Positions 48,619-60,600 of a stretch of DNA of 64,000 nucleotides are shown piece after piece. The number at the start of each line of letters is the position of its first letter. The stretch's first letter is position 1. A model generated the notes under the pieces. The model did no database searches. It saw only the letters and a program-made list of their open reading frames with translations, and was not told the origin of the DNA. The translations under genes and the position numbers were made by a program. Where the stretch lies: the NCBI GenBank assembly GCA_963732385.1, contig CAVSZB010000005.1, forward strand, positions 352,001 to 416,000, given 5' to 3'. This DNA is from an uncultured bacterium (lineage in GTDB: Bacteria > Krumholzibacteriota > Krumholzibacteriia > LZORAL124-64-63).

Positions 48619-49928
48619 TGTCCCTACTAGAAACTCCGTCCGCCTTGTCCCCGCGGCGGTTACCGCCCCTTGCCGGTGCTTCATCGTTCGCCCATCCTGC
48701 CGATAGCCCCCGGATGATTCCCCTCATCCTGGCCACCCTGCGCGACCTGATCCGCCCGCGGCACGATCTGATCCTCGAGAACCTCGCCCTGCGCCAGCAG
48801 CTCCTCGTGCTCGAGCGCTCCGGCGCCCGCCCCCGGCTCCGCGCCGCCGACAAGGCGTTCTGGGTCGCGCTCTCCCGTTGCTGGCGCCACTGGCGCCGAC
48901 CCCTGCGCCTCGTCAAGCCGTCCACCGTGATCGCCTGGCACCGGAAGGGCTGGCGCCTCTACTGGCGCTGGAAATCCCGAGCAGGCAAGGGCGGGCGCCC
49001 CGGCATCCCGATCACGACCATCGACCTGATCCGCAGGATGTCCCACGACAATCCGCTCTGGGGCGCCCCCCGCATCCACGGCGAACTGCTGATGCTCGGC
49101 ATCAACGTGAGCGAAGCGACCGTGGCGAAGTACATGATCAAACGCGGGAAGCCGCCGTCACAGAATTGGCAGACCTTCATCCGCAACCATCTGCCCGACA
49201 TCGTCGCCATCGACTTCCTCACCGTCCCGACCGTGACCTTCGGCACCTTCTACGTGCTGATCTTCCTCTCCCTCGACCGCCGGAGGATCATCCACTTCAA
49301 CGTGACCGACGCCCCCTCCGCACTCTGGACAAGCCTGCAACTGATCCAGGCCTTCCCCTTCGACACCGCCCCCCGCTTCATCGTCCGTGACCGCGACAGC
49401 ATCTACGGCGCCGTCGTGAAGGCAACGATCAAGCAGATCGGCAGCACGCAGAAGGTGATCTCCCGTCGCTCCCCCTGGCAGAACGGCTACTGCGAGCGCA
49501 TGGTCGGCACCATCAAACGCGAATGCCTCGATCACATGATCGTCCTCGACGAGTTCCACCTGCGCCGCGTGCTGAAGGATTACTTCAAGTACTACCACGA
49601 GGTCCGGACGCACCTTGGCCTGGACAAGGACGCGCCGATCCCCCGCGAGATCGAGCCCCCGGAACGCGGCCCCGTCCGATCAGAGCCGATGGTGCGCGGC
49701 CTGCACCATCGCTACTTCCGCAAAGCGGCCTGACGGAGAAGCAATGGGCGCCAGCCACCGCGGGGGATGGGTCTGCCCGGCAGCCGGGAGGGCGGCGCAC
49801 GAAGGGCGCGCGCCGCCTGACAAGTCGGCGTATCGAAGCTCTTGACCGGGCCTGTCATGCGATCGAGAATCACGATCCGGCGGTGCCGGCTCGCAGATCG
49901 AGGTGCGTGGAGGTTTTTGGTAGGGACA
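48619..49928 (+). mobile_element. IS481-like insertion sequence with TGT...ACA termini
   Basis: Left end TGTCCCTACTAGAAAC; right end reverse complement TGTCCCTACCAAAAAC; single rve transposase; no clear target duplication. Confidence 0.75.
48714..49733 (+). CDS. Integrase-core (rve/DDE) transposase
   Basis: WGAPRIHGEL, AIDF, RDRD..YG, SPWQNGYCER..GTIKRECLD, RTHLGL. Confidence 0.93.
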   Translation: MIPLILATLRDLIRPRHDLILENLALRQQLLVLERSGARPRLRAADKAFWVALSRCWRHWRRPLRLVKPSTVIAWHRKGWRLYWRWKSRAGKGGRPGIPITTIDLIRRMSHDNPLWGAPRIHGELLMLGINVSEATVAKYMIKRGKPPSQNWQTFIRNHLPDIVAIDFLTVPTVTFGTFYVLIFLSLDRRRIIHFNVTDAPSALWTSLQLIQAFPFDTAPRFIVRDRDSIYGAVVKATIKQIGSTQKVISRRSPWQNGYCERMVGTIKRECLDHMIVLDEFHLRRVLKDYFKYYHEVRTHLGLDKDAPIPREIEPPERGPVRSEPMVRGLHHRYFRKAA

Positions 49929-50041
49929 GGGCAATGACTGCAATCACGAGGCTCGCGATACCCATGAAAACATCCACCCCCTATCTCTCGTCCACCTACC
50001 GCGAAGCGGGCAGCACCTGATGGTCGAACCCACCGCCCCGC

Positions 50042-50230
50042 TCACCGCACGAGACTCAACCTCACCCCCTCCACCTTCCCCCCCGCGACCAGTCGGGCCA
50101 GGTAGCTGCCCGAGGGCGCGGCCCGACCTGACGCATCTCTGCCGTCCCAAACCGCCTCGTGGCTCCCCGCGGGGATTTCCCCCTCTACGAGGACCCGGAC
50201 GAGTCGGCCGGCGAGGTCGTAGACGGCGCG
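50042..50230 (-). pseudogene. Orphan FlgD-Ig tail (no N-terminal domain, no PNPFNP)
   Basis: Encodes AVYDLAGRLVRVL...[12 protein letters not shown], near-identical DNA to the 3' ends of the three FlgD genes. Confidence 0.8.
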
Positions 50231-50256
50231 GCGGACCGCTCCCGATCTCGGCGCGC

Positions 50257-50970
50257 TTAGAAAAGGACGCCCGTCATTACTGCCAGACCCCGGTCGTGCA
50301 ACACGAACCAGGCAGTACGGTTGATGTCCTGCAGCCCCCATTGGTAGCGCGCCTCGACGAGCAGGGCGGTCGCGCCGATGTTCACCTCCGCCCCCACACC
50401 CAATAGAAATGATCCGCTCGTTGGGGCTGGGGCGTTCAGGATCTGGTTTGGGTAGTACCAGAGTGAGCGGTCATATGGATACCAATAATCACTCTGGTTG
50501 TAGGTCACGGAGTATTCCTCAGACCGTGACAGCAGAACCCCGAAGGTCGGTCCCGCCAGCCAATAGACATCTGACCCGATCGGACGAAATTTCGCCAGAA
50601 CAGCGAGCTCAAGGTAGCTCCGCCGGGCATCCTGGTAGACGGGTATAGATGAAGGGATCCCTTGGTAGTAGGCCGACCCAACGTTGATGCGGCGCGCCCC
50701 CAGTTCGTGGTAGAGCATCTCGCCCCGCACCGCGAACACAGGGTTCGTCGGCACATCCAACTGCAATCCGGCGACGAGACCCGGCCGCGTCTCGGTGCCG
50801 TGAGCATCTCCGGTGACGCGCGAGAAGCTTACCCCACCCTTCACGGCGAACAGAGCATCCGGTAGAGTTGCGGAGACCAGCGCCGAGGTGGACATCGCCA
50901 AAACCGGGGTCAGGAGAATCAGGCACGCCAAGAGCGCACTCGACAGCAACTGGCTGCGAACAACGGGCAT
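50257..50970 (-). CDS. Outer-membrane beta-barrel (porin family)
   Basis: KGG, E.LY...G, YLEL..L.K, EARY..G; ends in Phe. Confidence 0.75.
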   Translation of the reverse strand: MPVVRSQLLSSALLACLILLTPVLAMSTSALVSATLPDALFAVKGGVSFSRVTGDAHGTETRPGLVAGLQLDVPTNPVFAVRGEMLYHELGARRINVGSAYYQGIPSSIPVYQDARRSYLELAVLAKFRPIGSDVYWLAGPTFGVLLSRSEEYSVTYNQSDYWYPYDRSLWYYPNQILNAPAPTSGSFLLGVGAEVNIGATALLVEARYQWGLQDINRTAWFVLHDRGLAVMTGVLF

Positions 50971-51397
50971 GCCAAGCTCCCCGCCGGCGGATTCATCGCG
51001 CGGTCATCAAGTGGGGCGAGGCCCCCATGCTACCAGACTTCTTCCCCCAGCGAGCGGGAGATTTTGGAGCGCGGACGGAAGCGGTCACGTAGCTGCTTGG
51101 GGACGGCCATTTGGGCGGGCGGGTCAGATAGAGCAAAGCCGGGCGCGTAGCCGTTGCTTTCGCCGCCAGACTGCTTCCATAAGTGACCTCGCCTCCGGCG
51201 GCAACCGCGGGCCGGAGTCATTTAGGGTTCGAATCCCCGGGCGACTTGGGGTCGGTCAACTGCGACGGAAGCACCGGCGGCCCGAGTCCAGTAGGAAGAA
51301 ACCCCCGGGACAGATCCCCCCCGCGCTGGTCGATTCGGGGCGGGGAGAGTACAATCGCCGGGCTGCCTGGCTTGCCGCTTACTGTGGAGGTGCCGCG

Positions 51398-52108
51398 ATG
51401 ATATTGAGGTGGTTCTGCGCTGCGGGCGTTGTGACCGCACTTTGCGTGAATCCAGTGCAGGCTACTGAACCCATCTCCATGGAAGCCGTCGTGGGGCCGT
51501 TCGGCGCACGGCTGGTCGCGTTCACGGTCGATGTCGCGGATGCGCCGGCCGTGCTGGCTGGCTTTGATGTGCAGCGGCGCACCCTGATGGAGTGCGGTTC
51601 GGAGGTGAGGCTGAACGCCGAAATGCTCGCTCGGCCCGAGTCGGGGCAGGCGCGCTTCACTCTGGTGGACGCGACCGCAGTGCCGGACTTGTTCTACGAG
51701 TACCGAGTCTTCTTCGTGGACGCCCAGCGCCAGCCTCTCGATCCCTGCACGTTGTATGATTGCACCAGCTACCAATACTATTACATTTCCTGCACGGACA
51801 GGGTTCTCGCCAGCTCGGGCACCAGCGTCTATGCCCACACGGCGGTGTTCCATGGGGGCGGCCTGATGTTGCCCGGGATCCCCTGTCCTGGCTCCTGCGG
51901 AATTCACGTGGTAATCGAATCGTGGCCCCCCGAGCTGGACGCCTACGCTGACACGGGACAGCCTGTGCGCTTGATTGGGTACCTCTCCTATGTGTACGGC
52001 GGGGTCGAAGGGTGCTGGATGGCGTATGTGACGTCCTTCGAAGTGCAGGATTGCGCCGTGTCGTCTGCGGAGACTTCGTGGGGCGCGGTGAAAAGCACCT
52101 ACCGATGA
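51398..52108 (+). CDS. Secreted Cys-containing protein with C-terminal 'SWGAVKSTYR' motif
   Basis: GGAGG RBS, signal peptide, ends AVSSAETSWGAVKSTYR. Confidence 0.75.
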   Translation: MILRWFCAAGVVTALCVNPVQATEPISMEAVVGPFGARLVAFTVDVADAPAVLAGFDVQRRTLMECGSEVRLNAEMLARPESGQARFTLVDATAVPDLFYEYRVFFVDAQRQPLDPCTLYDCTSYQYYYISCTDRVLASSGTSVYAHTAVFHGGGLMLPGIPCPGSCGIHVVIESWPPELDAYADTGQPVRLIGYLSYVYGGVEGCWMAYVTSFEVQDCAVSSAETSWGAVKSTYR

Positions 52109-52540
52109 GCCTAGACGTCATGCAGCCCCAGTAACCAGGCGAGGTCGTCGCTTCTTCCCCCAAGCCGCTTCGCCTATCGGATGTCGGCTCTGACGGCGAC
52201 CGCACCTTGGGGCAAGTAATAGTTGGCCGCGCCGCTCGAGACCCGCGGCACCCCCTGGGAAGCCAGTCGCGCCGACTTTGATGTTTCAGGGGTTAACAGC
52301 CGAACGGGGTCCGCTGTTAACCAGAATGGCCAAAACGCCGTTTTGGAGACTTCGAGACGCTTTCCGCCCCCACCGAGTGATACCCAAGACCTCTCTCCGC
52401 GTCTCTCTTCTCCGCCGCCCGCCGCCCCGAATCCCACCCTCGTAAGTGACTGCCACCACGCCACAAACAGCAGCCCCGATCCATCACAGACCGGGGCGAC
52501 CGTCAACTTCTCTGCAAGTCGTTGCTACGCTGGAAGTTGT

Positions 52541-52615
52541 TGGCTCCCCGGGCTGGACTCGAACCAGCAACCCTTCGGTTAACAGCCGAATGCTCTACCA
52601 TTGAGCTACCGAGGA
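52541..52615 (-). tRNA. tRNA-Asn (GTT)
   Basis: TCCTCGGTAGCTCAATGGTAGAGCATTCGGCTGTTAACCGAAGGGTTGCTGGTTCGAGTCCAGCCCGGGGAGCCA; cloverleaf with encoded CCA. Confidence 0.98.
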
Positions 52616-52696
52616 GCCTGTATTCGAGGCCCGGGCGATGTCCGGGCCGTTTTTTTGGCCGCGACGGTCGAGTGCCGGGCGGCTAAGCAGGGTGGG

Positions 52697-52725
52697 AATA
52701 TACCGGAAGGGGTGGGGGGTGTCAA
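52697..52725 (-). promoter_or_regulatory. Sigma-70 promoter of tRNA-Asn
   Basis: TTGACA-N17-TATATT on the minus strand. Confidence 0.85.
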
Positions 52726-52839
52726 GATGGGGGGCGGGAGGGGAAGTTGGGGAGAGCGGGCGGTTTGGGGGTTGCCCGCGCTTCATGATTTGGGGGGGGC
52801 GGGGCGGCCTGGGGCCGCCCGGTTCCTGGTGCTTGAGGG

Positions 52840-55443
<2,604 letters not shown>

Positions 55444-55468
55444 GATCAACCTCCCTTCGGCGACGTCG

Positions 55469-55891
55469 TTAGCGGTGCAGGAACCAGGTTTCGATGACGA
55501 ACCACAGGGACGCCAGCCCGCTGAACCGGGCACGTTGAGGCGCGTACGCACAGACTGTCGATTCGGGATCGTCGGCGGGCGAAGCAAGCGATGGTGCGGT
55601 CGACTCGGTCAACATTACGGCCGGCTGGGGATCGGCGATGACGAGGACCGACATCAGGGTCGGTGAATCCCGGTGGTCGCCATCATCCGGGTCGCCGGAG
55701 CTTGCGCCAGGGGCGATGCAAATATTGAGTCTTGCCTCTGCGGGCGAAGCGGCGAAAAACGGCAGCAGGGCGGCCAGGAACAGAGAGGCACGTATCAACG
55801 CGGCCGGCGTCGCGGGCAGGAAGGCAAGCAGAGAATCGCCGGCGCGGCGCTCCCCGCGAAAGGGGCGGTGACAGGCATGGGTGTCCGGCAT
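55469..55891 (-). CDS. Small exported/membrane-anchored 'GDPD' protein
   Basis: Signal-peptide-like region ending AEA, GDPDDGD acidic patch, Ser/Pro linker, aromatic C-terminal helix [12 protein letters not shown]. Confidence 0.55.
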   Translation of the reverse strand: MPDTHACHRPFRGERRAGDSLLAFLPATPAALIRASLFLAALLPFFAASPAEARLNICIAPGASSGDPDDGDHRDSPTLMSVLVIADPQPAVMLTESTAPSLASPADDPESTVCAYAPQRARFSGLASLWFVIETWFLHR

Positions 55892-56043
55892 GATGACCTC
55901 GCTCTTGCGGGAGGACGTGACGTCGCACACATCCCTGAGTCCGCCGGAAATGGGCGTACCATTACCCGGCGAGGAATGGGATGTGAAGAGTCCTCACGGG
56001 AGGAGGGGGCCTGGCCGGAGCCCGACGTGAGAGGTAATAATTG

Positions 56044-56068
56044 TGACACAAAATGCATGACCGTGTCA
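56044..56068. promoter_or_regulatory. Inverted repeat, candidate regulator-binding site
   Basis: TGACAC-N13-GTGTCA in the AT-rich intergenic region upstream of the GDPD/sigma-54 operon. Confidence 0.35.
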
Positions 56069-56095
56069 ACCGGGCCTGTCCTCGCGACGGCGCGG

Positions 56096-57571
56096 CTACA
56101 GTTCCAGTTCGAGCTGCACCTGCCAGGGACGATCGGCCTGGCCGTTCATTACCGGCCTGGCGAAGTAGAGACGCAGGTTGCCCTGGCCCCCCGCACCGAG
56201 AAGGCGACCGAAGCCGAACCCGGCGTCGGCGCGCCAGCCCGTCACTCCCTCCGGCGGAGCAGGCAGGCCGGCGGCTTCGGCGCGACCGAAGTCGGCGAAA
56301 ATGATCGGCTGCAGGCGCAGGTCGCCCAGCAGCGGCACGCGCAGCGCGTGGAGCGGATCGCAGCCGGCGCGCGCGTCGATGGCGGCCAGCAGACCGCGAT
56401 CTCCGGCCAGCTCGCGGGCCGGATAGCCGCGCAGACTGTTCGAGCCGCCCAGGAAGGTCTTCCACTGCAGCGGGGCGACGCGGTCCACGCCACTCCAGGC
56501 CACGCGCGCCACGAACTCGTTGCCGTGGCGGTCGAGCCAGCTGCCGCGCGCGCGGGCGGCCAGCCGCAGGAAATCGCGTCGGTCCGGTTCGTCGCCGGCC
56601 GGGAAATCGAGGGCGGCGCCGGCGGCACTGTGCCACTCGGCGCGAGTATCGACCCCGAGGCGTGAACCGTTCCAGGCGAGGCCGGCGGTCAGGGCGCGCG
56701 AGTCGAGCGGCGCGGCGGCCCAGTTGAGCGGCACGCGGCCGGTCTCGCCGGACAGATTCCAGGTCGTGGCCACATCCAGCGCACGGTGCCGCTCCCGCAG
56801 CGCCCCCACCCGCGCCTCGAGCTGTCGCACCGGACACCACGTCACCGCCGCCTCCCCCCAGCGCCGGGCGTGGTACATGGCTGGATCCGCGCCCGACAGG
56901 ATGGCGTCGAGCGTGCGAACCAGACTGGCGTTCCCGGCGAACGACGTGACGCCGTCGCCGCCCGCCACCGAGAGCGCCCAGCTGGTCCAGGGGCGGCGGG
57001 GCGGCCGGTCGGGACGCTCCACCGGACGCGCTGCCGCCAGCGGCCACGCCACGGCCGCGTTCCACACCACCCGCCGGCGCGCGATCCCGTAGCCGGCGCC
57101 CAGCGTGATGACGGCCCCCTGCCGTCCGAGCCGCCGCAACACCGCCCCCGACGCCGGCCGCCACCCCTCGCAGCGGTTGAAACCGGTGCCGGCGAGCGGG
57201 CGCAGCGCCAGTTTCCAGCGGCGTCCGCCGAGCAGCGCGGCCAGCTCCCGGTCGCCTACCGAGGAGAGCGAGTCGAGGGTGGCCTCGTCGAGGCCGGACT
57301 CGAGCAGGTCGGGGGTGAGCGGCTCGTACCAGGCGTCGTCGAGCCGGCGCCACCAGGCGTTCAGCGAATCGATGGCCGCCTCGTCGAGCGCGCGACGCAA
57401 AGAGTCGGCCGCGGCGGAATCCGCCATCGCCGACGCGCTCAGGAGGGGAACCCGCTCCGGCAATGGCGCGTTGGGCGCCTCCTGGTCGCCATTTTGGGCG
57501 CGGGCGAACCCGCCGACCGGCAGGCCGGCGAGCGCCAGGACCAGTGCGCAGACGATACCGGGCCGCCTCAT
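56096..57571 (-). CDS. Outer-membrane beta-barrel protein (Omp85/DUF5686-like)
   Basis: Signal peptide, FNR.EG, LGG.NSLRGY...EL.GD, DAGFGFG, C-terminal amphipathic strand. Confidence 0.65.
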   Translation of the reverse strand: MRRPGIVCALVLALAGLPVGGFARAQNGDQEAPNAPLPERVPLLSASAMADSAAADSLRRALDEAAIDSLNAWWRRLDDAWYEPLTPDLLESGLDEATLDSLSSVGDRELAALLGGRRWKLALRPLAGTGFNRCEGWRPASGAVLRRLGRQGAVITLGAGYGIARRRVVWNAAVAWPLAAARPVERPDRPPRRPWTSWALSVAGGDGVTSFAGNASLVRTLDAILSGADPAMYHARRWGEAAVTWCPVRQLEARVGALRERHRALDVATTWNLSGETGRVPLNWAAAPLDSRALTAGLAWNGSRLGVDTRAEWHSAAGAALDFPAGDEPDRRDFLRLAARARGSWLDRHGNEFVARVAWSGVDRVAPLQWKTFLGGSNSLRGYPARELAGDRGLLAAIDARAGCDPLHALRVPLLGDLRLQPIIFADFGRAEAAGLPAPPEGVTGWRADAGFGFGRLLGAGGQGNLRLYFARPVMNGQADRPWQVQLELEL

Positions 57572-58536
57572 CGCGCTCCTCCCCCGTCCGCGGTCGCGTC
57601 GTCGCCGTACGCCACCCCGCCGATGACGTGGTCGCGAGTGCGCACGAACAGCTCGACCTCGTCCGGCAGCCCCGGCCAGCCGCCGCGCAATACGATCTTC
57701 GCCATCACGTCCGCCACGACCCAGAAGTCCCCCTTCGCCACCCGGCGAATCTTGAACCACGGGATCGCCTTCACGAACAGCGGCAGCGGCGCCCCCTCGG
57801 TCATGCCGGCCTCGAGACGCCGGATGACGAAATCGCTGTAGTCGATCCAGACCGTGCCCGACGGCAGCCCCTTGAAGCGGCTCCTGGGCGTGAAGCGGAT
57901 CGTGTAGACGAGATGAGCGCCGAAAAGATCGCGCGACAGAACCGTGTAGTTGTACTGGTCGGCCCCCTCGAGCGTGAAGGGGATGGCCGATGTGGCGTCG
58001 GAGATCTGCTCCCAGTCGCTCTCCACGTCGTCGTCGGTCTTCTCCTTCTCGAGACGGCCGCCGCGATATTTGCGCTCGACCTGCCGCACCCGCACCCGCT
58101 GGAAGGCGCCGTCGCGCCGCACCGCGAGGCGCTCGACCTGCTCGTATTCGGTGCGGTCTTCGTCGCGACCGCCGTGCTCGCGCGCGACCACCCGCGTGAC
58201 CTGGGTCCAGGCGTGATCGCCCATGCGCGCCTCGTCGGCGGCCATCCGCTCGCCGATGCGGCGCACCACCTCGGCCACGCCGATCCGCGGCGCGTCGACC
58301 AGGACCGTGTCGAGCGTGCCGGCGGCGAAGGCGAACGTGTCCTCCTCGGCCAGGAATATGCCGTAACCCTCTTTCAGCGCCTCGTCAGGATCGATGAACC
58401 AGGGGTCGACCTCGGTGCCGCTGCCGCCCGCAGCGGCCGTGGTGTCGGCCGGGACGGGGTCGGCAGCCGCGGCGCCCGCGGCGAGCAGGAGCGCGAGAAC
58501 CGGTGCGGCGAGACACCGGGACCGGAGCGAAAGCAT
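57568..58536 (-). CDS. Exported protein (sigma-E-regulon/LolA-like or DUF5686 N-terminal-like fold)
   Basis: Signal peptide, Y.I.F.P....G.VWID..DF.I.R motif; stop overlaps the next start. Confidence 0.55.
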   Translation of the reverse strand: MLSLRSRCLAAPVLALLLAAGAAAADPVPADTTAAAGGSGTEVDPWFIDPDEALKEGYGIFLAEEDTFAFAAGTLDTVLVDAPRIGVAEVVRRIGERMAADEARMGDHAWTQVTRVVAREHGGRDEDRTEYEQVERLAVRRDGAFQRVRVRQVERKYRGGRLEKEKTDDDVESDWEQISDATSAIPFTLEGADQYNYTVLSRDLFGAHLVYTIRFTPRSRFKGLPSGTVWIDYSDFVIRRLEAGMTEGAPLPLFVKAIPWFKIRRVAKGDFWVVADVMAKIVLRGGWPGLPDEVELFVRTRDHVIGGVAYGDDATADGGGAR

Positions 58537-58537
58537 C

Positions 58538-59227
58538 CTACCTCCTGTCGCTGGAACGGAACACGGCGCACAGCAGCCGGGCGCTCTTACCCAAAACCGC
58601 GCGGACCGGTTCCCGCGCGGCGCGCGCCACGGCAAGGTCGGAGCCGGGAAGCGGCAGGGCGGCGGCCAGGAGCCAGAGCGGCGGCACGAGCGCCGGAGCC
58701 CACGCAGCGTAGTCCGCGCCAGGCGGCGTCGGCAACAGATTGCACACCGCCAGCGGCAGGGAAACGCCCAGCAGGCCGGCGATCCCGGCCGCGAGAGGCC
58801 CGGCCAGTGCCGCCGTCGCCGCCGCCCGGGGCGCCAGCGGCGGCCGGATCCGCGCCGCGGCCAGCAGCGGAAACCGGGTCACCAGCGCCAGGCGGGCGTG
58901 CGGGGCGAGGCGGGCCGCGACCGCCAGGTGAGCCGTCTCCTCCACCGACACGAGCAGCGCGCAGACCGGCACCGTGGCGGCCGCCCCCCACGGCACGACG
59001 CCGGCCAGCGCCGCGCAAGTCACCCCGCTCAGCGCCGGACCCCAGCTGCGCAACACGAGCCGCGCCACGTCGGGCCAGCCGCGGCGCGGCGTGAACAGCA
59101 CCCCGACCGGCCATACCCACTCCGTCTCGCGGCGCGCCGCTGTCCACCACGCCTGCACCCGCGCCCGCGTCACGCGCGCCGCCCGCGCCGCCCGCGCCGG
59201 CCGCGGGATCAGTACCAGTCGCGCCAC
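58538..59227 (-). CDS. M50/site-2-protease-like membrane protein with degenerate zinc motif
   Basis: EETAH in place of HExxH, AALAGP, NLLP and LPLPGSD motifs; overlaps the radical SAM 3' end; start uncertain. Confidence 0.5.
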   Translation of the reverse strand: MARLVLIPRPARAARAARVTRARVQAWWTAARRETEWVWPVGVLFTPRRGWPDVARLVLRSWGPALSGVTCAALAGVVPWGAAATVPVCALLVSVEETAHLAVAARLAPHARLALVTRFPLLAAARIRPPLAPRAAATAALAGPLAAGIAGLLGVSLPLAVCNLLPTPPGADYAAWAPALVPPLWLLAAALPLPGSDLAVARAAREPVRAVLGKSARLLCAVFRSSDRR

Positions 59228-60600
59228 AGACCGGCCGCGAGGCTGTGGTCCGCACCTCCGCCCGCGCCGCGGAACGGCAGCATGGCGCTCATCGCCTCGC
59301 CGGTCTCATCCGCCAGCCGCCGCACAGCGCCGAACTGCAGCGCGCGCAGACGCTCCGGGCCGAGGCGGGCGGTGGCGCAGACCGGGGTATGCATATTGTA
59401 GTGATCGAAGTCGTCGGTGAGACGCCGCAGCCCCAGTTCTTCGCCGCGGCGCCACAGGCGCGTGCCGGGAAACGGCACCAGCAGCGCGAAGCCGCAGCGC
59501 GCCAGATGGCGGGCCTGCAGGCCGGCCGCGAACTCCACGGTGTCGCCGATCGTCGCCTCGGTGTCCCACGGATGCCCGATGATGAAGCTGCAGACGGGCG
59601 ACAGGCCGGCCGCGGAGGCCCAGCCCACCGCCCGCTCCACCTGCCCGAGCGTGGTGTCCTTGCCCATGGCGTCGAGCAGCGTCTGGCTGCCGCTCTCCAC
59701 CCCGAACTGCACCGACACGCAGCCGAGGTCGGCCATGCGGCGCAGCAGCGGCAGCGAGACGGTGTCGGTGCGGGATTCGCAGACCCAGACGAGGCCCAGG
59801 CGCGCCTCTTCCATCAGGTCGAGCAGCCGCTCCAGCCGCGCGGGATCGGCGGTGAGCGTGTCATCGACGAAGAAGACCCCCTCCACGCCGGCGCCGCGCA
59901 GTTCCGCCAGCTCGGCCACCACGTTCTCGGCGGAGCGGACCCGCCGCCGTCCGCCCGACATCGCCGCCGCCGCGCAGAAGGCGCAACGGCCGGGGCAGCC
60001 GCGTCCCGTCAGCACGGAGGCCTGGTTGCCCGACACGACCGGCACGAACAGGTCGCGCGCGGGGAACGGCAGCGTGTCGAGATCGGCCACGAGCGGACGT
60101 GGCGCGGTGCGTCGGACCGTGCCGTCACCGCCCGCCGGCCCCGGCAGCGCCAGTCCCGCCACGCGCGAAAGGTCGCCGCCGCCGCACACCACCTGAGCCA
60201 GATCGACGATAGTGTCCTCCCCCTCGCGCACGGCCACCGCGTCGAACAGACCGTCGGCCAGCGCCACCTCGGGCAGGAAGGTCCAGTGCGGCCCCCCCGT
60301 GACCAGCAGCGATTCCGGCAGCGCGGCGCGCAACCGGCGCGCCAGCCGTGCGGCATTGCCGGCGCTCTCGGTGGCGCAGGAGAGGCCGATCAGCGGCGGT
60401 CGCTGCGCCGCGGTGAAACGGACCACCCAGTCCGACGGGCAGGGGGCCGCGTTCATGTCGATCAGCGCCGTGCGGAAACCGGCGCGGGCCAGCGCCGCGC
60501 CGAGGTAGGCGACGCCGAGCGGGGTGGCACGGTAGGAAACGCCGGCCAGGACGTTGGCGGGGTGGGGCGCGTTGACGGCGATCAGCACGACGTCGAGCAC
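59209..60600 (-). CDS. Cobalamin-binding radical SAM enzyme (class B methyltransferase-like)
   Basis: PLGVAYL, GGPHWT, REGE, GRGCPGRCAFC, DDTL, GVESGS, PFPGT; AGAAGGGGG RBS before GTG. Confidence 0.92.
   Translation of the reverse strand: MLDVVLIAVNAPHPANVLAGVSYRATPLGVAYLGAALARAGFRTALIDMNAAPCPSDWVVRFTAAQRPPLIGLSCATESAGNAARLARRLRAALPESLLVTGGPHWTFLPEVALADGLFDAVAVREGEDTIVDLAQVVCGGGDLSRVAGLALPGPAGGDGTVRRTAPRPLVADLDTLPFPARDLFVPVVSGNQASVLTGRGCPGRCAFCAAAAMSGGRRRVRSAENVVAELAELRGAGVEGVFFVDDTLTADPARLERLLDLMEEARLGLVWVCESRTDTVSLPLLRRMADLGCVSVQFGVESGSQTLLDAMGKDTTLGQVERAVGWASAAGLSPVCSFIIGHPWDTEATIGDTVEFAAGLQARHLARCGFALLVPFPGTRLWRRGEELGLRRLTDDFDHYNMHTPVCATARLGPERLRALQFGAVRRLADETGEAMSAMLPFRGAGGGADHSLAAGLWRDWY

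Larger units (their letters stand above)
27883..52540. mobile_element. Mosaic genomic island / integration hotspot at the 3' end of tRNA-Asn
   Basis: Bounded by core genes (hflC; tRNA-Asn); contains an IS element, IS-end relics, pseudogene fragments, dispersed repeats and a duplicated tRNA-downstream segment; left boundary approximate. Confidence 0.6.

Noticed and set aside
27883..52540. Integron, DGR or CRISPR explanation for the repeats
   Set aside because: No tyrosine integrase, attC-like RYYYAAC/GTTRRRY hairpins, reverse transcriptase, adenine-specific variation or regularly spaced repeat-spacer array seen
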